In this document: in pieces, positions 51,621-64,000 of the stretch | How the letters are laid out: every line of letters starts with the position of its first letter | Position numbering within the stretch: the first letter of the stretch is position 1 | Assembly: GCA_013265495.1 (NCBI GenBank) | Contig: MU058451.1 | Span: 248,001-312,000 of the forward strand | DNA: 64,000 nucleotides | Direction of reading: 5' to 3' | Source of the DNA: Vicugna vicugna | Lineage: Eukaryota | Notes under the pieces: model-generated | What the model saw: only the letters and a program-made list of their open reading frames with translations | Told to the model about the DNA's origin: nothing | Databases searched by the model: none | Translations under genes and position numbers: made by a program

Positions 51621-54600
51621 GGTTCACAGCTCCTCACAGTGGCTGTTTAGAAAGAGCGCTAAGCTTTAGAATTTCTGGCTTTCACATCTGCCAGAGAGAA
51701 CACAATAAACCCACAACGAATCTGAATACTCGTGAAATGACAAATGCTACCCCCCTACCACCACCAAATTTGATTCATTATTTATTATTCCAATTCCTCC
51801 TAAAAATGTATGATCATAATCTCCTACTTCAATAAATATAACATTCTAAAGATAATTTTCTTCTAAAGATAATTTTCTCTTTCTCTATGATTTAAGATCT
51901 TACAGTCCTTAGGACTATCCTTCTGAATATTTGATACTAACACAAAGTAACTTTATAAGGGGATAAATACAGAATGTGTACGGACACACATTTTCTACCT
52001 TCCTTTTAAGAGATTCTACTTAACAGTGATGTAAAGGAAAAACATTATTTAATTCAGCATCTCAGCATGGGGTTCACGTTAATCTAAATTCATTATATCC
52101 AACTAGATGCATGTGTATTAATTATAAAGATTAATAAAGATCTCATGCACGTATCAACTACTATAAAAACATTTTTTAAAAAGCTAGATAGGCAACAGGG
52201 TAACTTTCCAGTGGATCTCATCTTTACTACTAAGTAATTACTATGAAATTTGGCAGGTCGCTGGATTTATTTTTTCCCAACTGTAAAATCTCCTTCTCAC
52301 AAATTCCATGATTCTTCAGTATCAGTAATGATAGTGTCAGCTGCTAGTGCTGAGTTTGGTACAATATTAAACTCAAGTGACAGGGTCCACTTCTGACGGG
52401 CAGTGACTGTCCAGAGTGATCCCAGTGTCCCAGTTTTCTAAAATCCTACTGCGCTAACTTTGTGTGTGTACACTGGGTGTGTGTTCACTTAAAACCGGAT
52501 TTTCATTTTCACTACAGAAGGCCCCGCCTTGCAGAGCCAGGCACTGAGAACAGAAGTGGGGAAAGGGAGAGTCTACCCTCCGGCACTCGGGTCCGTGTGG
52601 ACTCAACTCCTGATCGACTTTTTTCCAGATCCAGTTTTTCCACTCAGGAACACGTTCTGTGATTCAATGCCAACTGCTACCTTTCTAACTCGGTTCATCC
52701 ATGAAATTGAGAAAAGGCTTCTAGAGATGTTCTAGTGAAAAGATAGGAAACTAGCGGGGAATCTAAACTATGGCAGATACCAGAGCAGTTGTTTCAGGGA
52801 TACACTACTTAAACTACATTGTCTCTTCTCCTCCAGCCCCAAAGCAGAAGTGTTTATTTGTAATGCCAAAATGATGCATTCCAAATGGTCACTCATGGTT
52901 TTTTAGATTAACTGCAGAGTCACAATGGAATTCTCTTTGTAATCTTTCAGATTTTGACATACTGAATCCACGAAAAATAAACAACTTGCCCAAGGTCTCA
53001 AAGCCACCAGTCTGGGACCACTCCAGCGAACTACTCAGTGACTCCTGTGCAAATCTGAGCCTGTGGCTTAACTTTTTATTTGCTATAGCATCTGCTAGAG
53101 CAATCAGTAAAAAAAAAAAAAAAAAAAGTATTAAAAGCCTTTATGTGGTCTGGCAAACACTCTAAATTAAAGACAACACCACTAAAATGGTATTTTCTGA
53201 TAATATGTTAAAGTACAATATTTGTTTACTTTGGTGACAGTTTGAGTGATTTTTCTTTCTCTTTCACCCAAGCTTACTACAACAAATTCAGAAATAAGAA
53301 TGTTCCAAAACACTCCTCTGGAATAAATGAGTGACAGCCAGCCCCTCCTTTTAAAAAATCACCCTCTCATCTCTTTAGAAGATGTCTGCCAATAATGACA
53401 ACACCTCTTGACAACAGCAATGTACACTAGAAATTTGATGAGAGAGGCTGAAAAATACAGATGATTATTTGCTGGAGTTTAAAGGCAAGATGCTTAATCA
53501 CTGTTCATACCTCTTTCCATGCTCTCATCCTCAGAATCTCTAGACTGTGCTCCTGGCTAACAATTTGTGCAAAGCCCTAGTTGGGAGCAAATTATAAGAA
53601 TAAATATCCTCTTCTTTCTCTTTCTTTTCTTTCTTCTCCCCCAAGGAGAGGCTTGTCAGGGTAGAAGCAGAAGGAGGTGAAGAAGTGATCACAAAGGAAG
53701 CATATATTAAAAGAAAATTTAGTAGAAATACTCAGTGATTTTTCAAGAGGGAGAAATCCTAGGAAATTGATTTTTCAGGTGGTGACCCATCATTTTTTTA
53801 AGCATTTCTAGCTATTATTATATTCATTTCCTCTTAGAAGGTGAGAAAGGAAAAAATATAATGGGGAGGGACCTCAATTCTCTGGGCCACTGTATCCCAT
53901 CTCCATTTTGTCTGTTACCAAATGCCTGGTCAGATTACTTGTGGTTAACTTGTGAGTACCATTTCTTAAGTGACTGTATGTATGTATGTATGAATGAATA
54001 CATAATAATTTCAGCTGATTATTGAGCTGTTATTCAAGAAAGAAGCCTTGCCTCTACTCTCTGGCAATGTGAATTAAGACTTTCAAGTCTAAAAATAGAT
54101 GAGAAATACCAGGAGGGAAAAAAAGAGAGAAAGGGTAGAGTATATGCCTGGATAACAGGTAGAGCTCAGCTGGGAACTGATGCTGAGATGCTGATCTGAA
54201 ATTTTCAGCGCTGTAACTCAACCTAGACTAGAAACAAGAATTGGAGAGATGAGAAATAGAAGCAGATGATGAGGAGAGGGAGGAAAAGGAGAAAGATCAA
54301 AGCTTACTTTTAAAAATAATGTTCTACCTGCTAGGCATTGTTCTGAGTGCTTTATGTAAGTAATCTCAATACAACAAAACCACATAGCAGAAAAAGGACG
54401 AGTGTATTTGGGCGGTAGGGAGGTGGAATTTTAACCGGAAGTAGAGATTAGACCAAGAATAAAGGGCCCTCAGGGTGGCTTTACTTCAGTAAAACTGGAC
54501 CCCTTTCTATTCTCTCTGTCTAATGTACCTGCAACTGACTACTTGTAACAAGCACATGTTCTCATAACACCCTTACATTACAGCATTAACCATTAACTAT

Positions 54601-55369
54601 TTTTATACCTCTTCAACAAGAGGTGTTCTTCAATTAGAGAATATATCAGATATAATTTACTGAACTTTAGTAGGTAAATTAAAATCAGTTACAATCTACT
54701 CAGTACTTTGTATAAACCCAAGTGTTATGGTGCCTCCCTAACTATTTAGCAGGGGAATTTACAACCTAGCTGGGCTAGGTTTGGAATGTAGTAGCCACCA
54801 TTAAGACCCTGCCTTCTCAAGACACTTTCAGCTAAGACTAACTTGCAGTTATTTTTCTGTCTTTGTGGCAACTGAGTCCATCAACAAAAGATATTCCTTA
54901 TTTCTATTTCATTTGTAGCTAATTCTGTTGTAATGATCTAGCATACACAGTAGAGTTGTGGATTTCCTAGCAAGGTAACCACAAGGTCAAGAGTGTCAAG
55001 AGATGACAGCAATGGGCCCAGTGTCTCTTACCTTCCCACACTGTGGACCTGCTACGATACCTTATTTTACATCTGTTGTTACAGTGCTTTGTAATCCCAT
55101 TTATGTAATTCAATGTTTGTTTTCCATTTCTCTTCTTACACAAAAGATGTGGGTGGAACAAAGTCCATATATACTGCTTCTGTACACCTAACACATTCCT
55201 ATTTTGCCACATGCACAATAACTGCTCCAAAATGGATATAGGCTAAATACAAAAAGACCACCAGTTGGCTGGGGAATGAAAAGCAAATCAGGGCTTCACC
55301 TCATCAAGAAGTTTCATTGGCATCACTCACTAGAGGAGCCTAGGTTGCACTCCAAAGGGAACAGATTTA

Positions 55370-55540
55370 GGAAATACATAGCCCCAGGCTCGAATTCTAG
55401 AGCTACCTGCCTCACTATATGACACTGACTGATCTCTATGAGCCTTGGTGATTTTACCTATAAAATGCAACTAATTTCTCTCTCCCGAGATAGTTAGAAT
55501 TTGATAAAATAACACGTATATAAGGAACATAGAATGTAAG
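55370..55540 (+). mobile_element. MIR SINE
   Basis: ggctcgaattctagagctacc...ctctatgagccttgg...ctataaaatg. Confidence 0.65.
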
Positions 55541-56739
55541 TATGCAAGAAAAGCCTCCTTCTTAAAAACTCCTTTATGTTCTGAATTATAAAATATTTCC
55601 ACATTTTATTTTAAAAGGACATGGTCAAGGCACTAACAGGGGGTATAGCAAACACATTTTTACTACTAACCATGAGTTATAATATAAATAAAGACTCAGA
55701 GTAAAAATTTTAGAGCTGGGTTTTAACCAGTGATTTAAGAAATAGCATGAATTATTAAAACACTGAAAGCATATGTCACAGAATTAACTATTATGTATAT
55801 GCTTAAAAACAGCTTTAAAAGAAAAAAGGAAAATGGCAGCTGTGAAAAAAGTAAATTTGAGATGGAAAGTAATTAAAACCTCTTTTTATGTTCATGGTGA
55901 ATACTGTTCATTATAGCACAAAAACTCATAAGCAACCAAAAACACTATGTACTGATTCTGGAGAGAATCTATGCTAAAAAAAAAAAAGAAAGAAAAACTA
56001 GGGGAAATCTGAGAGGGAGGGCAGCCTAGGTTTTTAACATTTTATAAAATGTAAATGCCATCTCTGTTCATTTAGATCATGATTATCAAAAATATAATAG
56101 TCAACGTGAAATAGAAGCTGTACTTCAATATAAATTAAGCTTTTCTGTACAGCAATTGAGAGAATTCTCTAGTCACTCTTAGAAGTATAATTTTTAAAAA
56201 ATAAAAACTGAAATTTGGTTTTGAATGAAACATTTTCTTTTCTTTGCGTGAAAGGGTCATAGGATTTCTTATTATGGGACGTCCAGGAGATTCCTTTTTA
56301 AGATTTTTCAAAAGAGGAAAACTTTTAAGGTTATTTTCAAAGAGAGGAACATGAAAAAGAAAGTGGGGTAGTCCCTTTTCCATCCTTTAAACAAAACCCA
56401 TGTTAATAAAACATCTAAACACAAATCCCACTGAATGAATTATCTGTGTAGCCTCATTTGAAACCAGAGAATAGCTTAACAGCATTTCTGTGACCTGCAT
56501 TTATTTCCCTTTATTAATTAATGTCAGATAATCCAACTTTTGACATATTTACAATTTGTAACTACAGTACAATTTAGCGACTTTGTGGGCCCGCAGACCC
56601 TCACGGGGAGGGAGGGGATAGCAAAATGCTAAGCCTCATCACATCCTTACCCATACTCAGAAGTTAGCATGAAACTTTATTTTGAAATTACTTTTTTTGT
56701 TTATTTGGATGTTTTTCATGTTTTTTAAGAGAACAAACG

Positions 56740-56990
56740 TTCACAGGCAAACACTACCCATGACAGACTAGGTCTGAGCCCCAATTCTTCCTCTAACTAG
56801 CTACTTAAATTAGGTGCCCATCACTGGGTAAGTCACTGAACTCCTGCTGCCTTCATTTCTCCATCTCTAAAGTGTGATCATCACAGCAGCTACTTACTAG
56901 GTTTCCTTTAGGGGTTGTGTGATTATGAGAGAGCTTAGAACACGGCCCAGCACATAATAAGCACAATATACAAACTAGTGATTATAAATG
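56740..56990 (+). mobile_element. MIR SINE
   Basis: ctgggtaagtcactgaactcc...gagcttagaacacggcccagcacataataagcacaata. Confidence 0.8.
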
Positions 56991-58686
56991 ATCTTCCAGT
57001 TCCAAGAACTTTCTATCACATTTGTACTATGATCTGTATTGCTGATACTTGCTTCCACATTCATGTCTCTGTAGTGAAACCATGCTGCTGACTGGCCTAC
57101 AAACTAGGACATTTAATCAGATAGAACTAAACTGTACATTTAATTAAACACGTGATTTGTTTAAACACTTCCATCTTAATTCGTGTTCATGTCCTACTTT
57201 CTATCTGTTTGGGGTCCCCTCATGATTCTCAAGCTTTGGTAATATAGTACTGCTCTTTTAAATAAAACAAATGTGTGTATTTAATGACATAATGCCACAG
57301 AAAAGCTTCATGTGCATATATAGGTAGCAATAATGTTAGAAAATGTTCTGTGAACAAAACAGTGAAAAAACAAAACACTGGGATGCTACTCCACATAATG
57401 AAAAAATTTTTTAATGAAGTAGCATGCTTCTAATTCAATTTCCTTCACATCCTTGATTCACATCTTTTGAGCACTTCTGACAAAATTCATTTTGTAGTAT
57501 CTGATGGGATCAGTTAATCAAGCTTCCTTTTCTGAGATAAGAATCATTTTCCTTGACCAGTCTAGAAGGTGGTACAAAATGTCTCTGCAATTGTTACAAG
57601 ATTCAATTAAAAGCAGATGAGCTGAAAGACACAAAGTCCTATTTCACTATACATTATGGCCCAGGATATAACATTTAAATGCTTTGAAAGTAAGAAGCGG
57701 TTTAGTCTCGACTTCAAATCAAAGAGAATTTACACACAATCAGAACATACTTCAATTCCTGACACAAAGAATTTACCCAGAGTTTTAAATTGATACAACA
57801 CATGTAAAGGCCCAGAAGCATGTCTTGCCAAAAGTAATAGTCAACATTTGTTTTTCCTTTTCTCCGAAACCCTCAAGGTAACCTGTTTATCTCAACTTCA
57901 ACACACTGTGAAAACTTTACCTCATGAAACCTTGCTGTAGTATATAGGCTAATGATTGGGTATGTTATTTTCATAATCAGCCCTTGAAATTTAGTAGGAA
58001 ATAGGACCCTTAATGAACAGAGACCTCAGTAAAAGTAATGACTTAATTAAAAACACAGATGTAGAAATACCACAATAAACCAAAGATACCAAATTTATGG
58101 GAATATATAGATAATAAATAAATTTACTTTCTATCCCTGAAACAGGAAAGGGCTGAGAAGTGAGTAAGTTGAAGGTCCTGGGCCACCATGGCAGGGTGAC
58201 CGTGGGGACGGTGGCCAGCACTGCAGGTAGCATCTGGCTCTGGTGATAAGCCACTGTGGTGTGAAAGGAGAAAGTTGGGGTTTTTCCTTTTAAAAATACG
58301 GAGGAAAAAAGTAAGAAGATGGTAGCCAATAAAGATTTTATGAAACTGTGAATATTCTGAAGGAACAACAACAATAAACATCTAACTTCTACATTAGAGA
58401 AAAAACTTTAAGTTCCAAAGCATCTAGCTTCAAAGAAAATCTAAAATCAAGATTCCACTGGGTTAATAAAACAATATCTACTATTGTATTAAATGAAACT
58501 CCTAAAACCAACCTAATCTGTCTTACAGATGTTAAATTTAAGTCAAAGGCATTTTACATATCCATTCCATTCAAATATAACAGCATGAGTAACCACCATA
58601 TAGATTTCAATATACCTCATTCAAAAGTATCTTGTTATACCCTAGAGTGTGAAACATTTTATCTTATAACCTAGGAAACAGCTTAC

Positions 58687-58710
58687 TTTCTGGACTGTAA
58701 TAAAATTGCC
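58687..58710 (-). other. Candidate 24-nt microexon GGCAATTTTATTACAGTCCAGAAA
   Basis: ttctatttctaattcttccttttatag|...AAA|gtaagc. Confidence 0.35.
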
Positions 58711-59779
58711 CTATAAAAGGAAGAATTAGAAATAGAAGTCAAATAGCTTTTTTGGTGACAAAGAACTGAAAGAAACTGAGAAATAAAGTGTCTCCTCTGG
58801 CCCCTGCTCTGTCTATTCTAATAATTGAAGCCACCAACTCAGTAATTATGACACAGTTGTTTCCCCAAACACAGTTGTTTCTTCTCAGTGTTCGTGCAAG
58901 GCACAAGGCAGGTCTTCCACAAGCTCCCCGACTCACCTGCCCACTGCAGTCTGCCTGGCCCATCGCTCTCCTGCCTTTCAGTCCTTCTCCCTCTCAAGGA
59001 GGCACAACCACACTGGGCTCCACGTCCGCGGAACTGACCGCTAACAGACGCCCAGTCCTTTAGGTTCGGGCCACAAAACTTCAACTGTATGATTTCTGCT
59101 TATGAAATGCACGTAACTGGCACCTTTGCTTAAGGGAGGCAAAGTCCTCAAATTAATTAATTCTAAGTTAGTTCAGGACTTTTTTGAATACATTCGAAAG
59201 CAAGAAAGGCAAATAATTCTGCAGACGATGGCACCACACCCTCAGCCTTGCAGGGGGAATGGACTTAAGAGAGCGTCCAAAACTGGTCTGTCTGCCTTCA
59301 TTTATTCCATGTGGTTAAATTCCCCTTTAGCAGTCATTAAACGCTACATGCTTCTTCCTCTCCCTTGGCTTTTTTTGGATGGGAAGGCAGACGTGTAGCT
59401 GAGACTAGATCAAAAAGTCTGTTTCCACTGATTGTCGACACCCATGAATCATTCATGAAGTAGCAAGCAATGCTCAGACAACCTAATGCATGGAATTAGG
59501 TTAAAATCACAATTTGCAAAATTTACTGTTAACTTCTGTGGTTTTGTAATTTTTCTGAGTCTCAAGCTAGCCCCAGAAGTCTCAATGGAAATATCTATAT
59601 CCTAATGCCAAAGAATCACAGGTAGGGAAGGAAGGAGGGAAGGATATAAATTTTACAGATATAAATAATTTGATAAATAAATGCTTAATTTATCCCTTAC
59701 ATCTAGATGTTGCAAACAGTTGGGAATGACATAAATGATTTGAACTTTAAAAAAACAAACGAAAAACTATGAGGTATTT

Positions 59780-59982
59780 CAAAATTGTAGAATAGATAAA
59801 CAAGATTATACTGTATAGCACAGGGAAATAAATATACACAAAATCTTATGGTAGCTCACAGAGAAAAAAATGTGACAATGAGTGTGTATATGTCCATGTA
59901 TGACTGAAAAATTGTGCTGAACATTGGAATTTGACACAACATTGTAAAATGATTATAAGTCAATGAAAAATGTTTAAAAAAA
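59780..59982 (+). mobile_element. 203-bp 5'-truncated young L1 with perfect 19-bp TSD
   Basis: TSD gaaaaactatgaggtattt at 59761-59779 and 59983-60001; insert nearly identical to about 13944-14140. Confidence 0.96.
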
Positions 59983-62900
59983 GAAAAACTATGAGGTATT
60001 TAATGGAAGCAGCCTGATTTTATTTGCTATTTTATCTTTAAGGGAATTCTGGAAAGGCCAGCTGACTCGAATTCAACACCTAACTAGAAAATGACATTTA
60101 TCTGCCTCTTTCCTTCCAGAGTGAACGTGAGCAGTATAGCCAGAACTCTTACTAACCCCAATCAAATGCCACGTGTCAGTTACCATGGTAGCACGACTGT
60201 GAAATTCTGCTCACCGCAGACCTTGTCCCTAAAGCTAACATTCTGCTGTCCAGGTAAGTAGAATATACAAGTTGGAACTGAAATCTAGAGGCCAATAACA
60301 AACAAACAAACAAAAGGCATGAGAGTATACATTTTATTAACAATCTGCACCCACTTCTCCCCACTCCCAAACATGCACACACCTGTCCTACAGCTCAGAA
60401 AGCAAAGCGGAAGAATCAGAGCCCACTCTTTCTCAGGAGATGCTGGTTCCAGTGCTACTTCCTCTAAGAAAAAAAAAATCAGGTTCTGCCACGCTCCTGG
60501 TATGTTTTTCAGCGATGCACTATGCTTACATCACTTGCTGATCTGTACCTATGGAAACAGCAAAACCGCTGTTCTAAATGGAGGCTGCCTGGACTCTGGC
60601 CAGTCTCAGCCTCACAAAACACAACACAACTACCTCATGAGGTGTGTACCTTCCCAGGAGCACACTTTGAAAGCCACAGTTAACTCCACGTAAATAAAAT
60701 ATTTACCTAAGAGAGAGAGCTTTTGTTGCTGTTGCCTACCTGACCTCTACTCACATGGACACAGATTAAGACTTTTAGTACATACAGACGTGTAATTCAG
60801 AAATCAACGCTCAGTTTTTGTTCTTTAAAAGAAAAATCAGAAAGCCAAAATTCAACGTGAAAATAACAAGCAAGGAAACACAGAGTTAAGCTTGCATTGA
60901 TATTCCTTTTCCAGCTTAATAATTTCTGGTAGTTATTCTTTATATTTCCCATAGCACTTAACACAGGCTAGCACGATATAAATAATTAATATTCTGAAAG
61001 TACAGACAGTCAGAAGGAAGGAAAGAGGGACTGAAGGTAAAGGGAAGGAGGGAAGAAGAAGATGCTGAATGAATGTAGTTCTAGGGGGAAAATGAAGCCA
61101 ATCTGTGTACGTGAATGTGCACCTTAAAAGGGAGGAAAGCAGAACAGTAAGAAGATTTAAAAAACTGGCTGTCATACAAATAGCTTCCAACTGTGGCTCT
61201 GTGTCAGTAACACGCACTGGAAGATCATTTCAACCTACGCGGAAGCCTGTTCCATCCTGAGGTCAGGAGCCCATTCCACATACAGAGAGCGGAGGGTTCC
61301 ACCCCGGGGGCTAGGATTAGGATTCTAGTCTAAATAGCTAAATGACTGAGGGCATTTTGTCAACTGTCAAACTATTTATTTTCCAAATCACAGTGCCTAC
61401 CATGCTGATAGTCTGAAGGAAATACCACAAAAATAGCAATACAATTAAGTGTTCGCAGATTTTCGCCTAAAGCAAAATGTACATATTTAAATATTCTACA
61501 TTTTTGTTTAGAATAACACTGATTTTCAGCGAACAGTGCTCAAAGCCTCAGATTTGTAGCTCAAATCAAGCTGCCCATCTTTGTGGGATTTTACACATTT
61601 GAGTTAAATCAGATTGCTAATCACAAATCTCACATCTATGAACAAAGAGGGAATTCAACATCCAACAAATATTCATTTGAAATGTACTTTCAACCTTTGC
61701 CATATTCAATATGGACATATTTTCTTCTATGTCTTGATATGCTTAATATAATTTTTAGTATTTAGAATTCAGTTATAACACCAAAATGTATTAGTACCAC
61801 AAGAAGTATATTATGCTTTACTGTACTTTGGAGACCTTCTCTCTCCATATTAACGTTGAGGAGCTGAGCTCTACCTAGTAAGTATGAACAATTCTTTCCC
61901 CACCCATCCCACCCTGTCCTCTTACCCCAGATATTTCTAAAATAGAGAAAATAAACTTATAAATAAATCTAAAATACAGATATATGAATCCACAGTGCAT
62001 TCAGTTTTCCATAGCAAAGGGAAAATTACATTTCAAGGCTATGCTGTCAATTAGATTTATCTAACATCTGCCCCTGTTTTGACTATCAGTTCGAAGAAAA
62101 TTTTATTGGCTAACTTTGAAAATGCTTAAAATGTGAGGCTGAATGGAAATATTGATGTAGCAATAGATGAAACAGCACAGTTCAGTCTGTTAAATAAATG
62201 TTGTCTTGTTCAATTCAAACGACAGAATTCCCTTTCCGTATACTCAAATCTGGAATTGGCATTTTCACTCATAGATATAATCCTTTTTGAAAGTGTGATA
62301 AGTATACTTACTCATGTTTTCAAATCAAAATTTTAAGATATATTCAACAACACTGCCTTCAAGAATATTTTCTCCACAACATTATACACTTAAGACTCAA
62401 AGTATCTCCATATGATATGACCTACTCAGCCCTGAAAGTAAACTAAATAGTTTACTTTCTACGTGAGCCAACCTTGCTCTACCTCAAAGCTACTGCAATT
62501 CATTTCTAAAATAATTTTTAAAAATTTCCCCGGAGGCATAAATTATTACAGCTTCCAAGAAAAGGGTTCTAGGTAATTCTATATTCACAGTATTTCACAC
62601 AACCTGTTCTCTGTAGGAAAAGTGATTCATCCAACAAACCACAGATGCCACTCGTTTATTTACTTAGAAATAAAATTTCTAACATTGCAAAGGGTAAAGA
62701 ATGCCAATTCATAGCATACCATGTTTATAATGGAAAAACTAATTCCAACAGCCTTCCCCCCAAAGCTGGGTATGCAATGAAAGTGCCAGCGCGGGCATTC
62801 AAGTTGTTCAGGTCTCCATTAAATTTCAAGTGAGTCATCATGTTTCACAGTTTGAAATAAAGGTTAAAAGTTAAGACCTGCTAATGAAAAATATTAGAAA

Positions 62901-63019
62901 AATAATGTTTGATTCTAAAATTAATTTTGAAATCCTTAAATATGAATGAGATTTTCCTATATTACCCCTATTGCCACAAATATGCTTGTATTCAGGGCTA
63001 TTTACGCAGAAAACGGAAC

Positions 63020-63200
63020 TCAGGGGTTAAGATCAAAGTCTTTGGAGTGGAAAACTGCCACTTACTAGATACGACCTTGGAGAAGTCACTTAACCTCTCT
63101 AAGCTTCAATTTCCTTATCTGTTATTCTGAAGATAACCAAAAGCTCTTATATAATGCCTGGCACACGGTAAGGGAGCCATAAGTAATAGCTGCTGTAATT
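63020..63200 (+). mobile_element. MIR SINE
   Basis: gaccttggagaagtcacttaacctctctaagcttcaatttccttatctg...tgcctggcacacggtaag. Confidence 0.85.
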
Positions 63201-63442
63201 AGGGTTGTCAAAGGAATTTCTGCACTTGTAAATTAGATATGAATTAAGAAATGTCTGTGCAAATTCCTAAAATTTTACTTAAAAAAAAACAAACCCAAAA
63301 ACCTAAAGGTCAGACTTGGTTCTTTCTTTAAATGAAAAATCATGATGGCAGGAGAGATTAATGCCTGAAGAAGGTGAAATAGACCAAAAAACAAAACTCA
63401 CAAGAAAACAAGAGACAAGAACCCAATAGCAGCAATTCACAC

Positions 63443-63459
63443 CTTGGAACACTTAAAAA
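63443..63459 (-). other. Candidate 17-nt microexon TTTTTAAGTGTTCCAAG (9 nt if the internal AAG acceptor is used)
   Basis: tgcatg...gctgac (branch-point-like) cacctgtttccttgtgttcttggcag|...AAG|gtgtga. Confidence 0.4.
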
Positions 63460-64000
63460 CTGCCAAGAACACAAGGAAACAGGTGGTCAGCTTATGCATG
63501 CAGCTATCTTTGATAATGAATCCACACATCAATATGGAGGGCAGAAAAGTGACCCCAAATTTTCCCCAATCTACAAAGAGGAAACGAAGTTAAATAAATT
63601 ACATTTTTATGCAATGAAAGGTAGTGGGAAATTTTTAAGTTATTTGGTTTTCAGAGGTTAAAATTGGACAACTACTTTCAAATCTACTTTGCTCTCCTTA
63701 AGGGTATCACAAAACATATCCAGCACGGTAGCAGGATGGAGTAAGGAGGGGAGAAGCTCCCACACTTGCTTCAAGTTTACCCATCACTGGATCCTAAGAC
63801 CCTTCTAGCATAGTGACAAAGTAAATACAGAATTGGAAGCATTATCCTCTGAATTCTACCCTGATTAAGCACACTTGAGTACATAAAATATGTAACACAG
63901 GTAATTCCTCTGAACACTTAAGAGCTATATACTTTAAGTATCTGATATAAATTAATAGCATATTTAGAAATAAGTATAAGGAGCTATTTCTAGTTTGTAT

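Noticed and set aside
1..64000. ORF-track entries (60-152 aa) as protein-coding genes
   Set aside because: All are short, many start at non-ATG codons, many overlap L1/L2/LTR repeats, and none resembles a cellular protein I recognise; this is the expected background in mammalian intron DNA.
1..64000. CRISPR arrays, operons, IS elements, phage or defence systems
   Set aside because: The sequence is mammalian; there are no regularly spaced repeats and no gene-dense regions.
1..64000. Naming the host gene
   Set aside because: I could not match any candidate peptide to a gene from memory; a BLAST or lift-over is required.

Overview
Mammalian, AT-rich, repeat-rich genomic DNA, most likely from a camelid: it has a tRNA-Ala-derived Vic-1-type SINE and a young L1 family seen three times, and I saw no Alu, BovB/Bov-tA, PRE-1 or SINEC. 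No long coding exon and no prokaryotic-type system (operon, CRISPR, IS) is present; the ORF track is essentially noise or repeat-derived. The window looks like the interior of a large gene transcribed on the minus strand (A/C-rich plus strand by eye; the young L1 copies lie on +). I cannot name the gene. The most interesting signal is a set of candidate minus-strand microexons (17, 21, 8 and 8 nt, spread over 57 kb) that join in one open phase-0-to-phase-0 frame (FLSVPR[TDMPNLR]KDDTK). Several candidate internal promoters or alternative first exons lie among them (a CRE+TATA promoter near 3.9 kb, an M-box/AP-1 element near 23.6 kb, a GC-box patch near 51.2 kb). All exon calls are by-eye splice-signal predictions and need RNA-seq or conservation support. 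Repeat family names come from recalled consensus similarity, and their boundaries are approximate unless a TSD fixes them.
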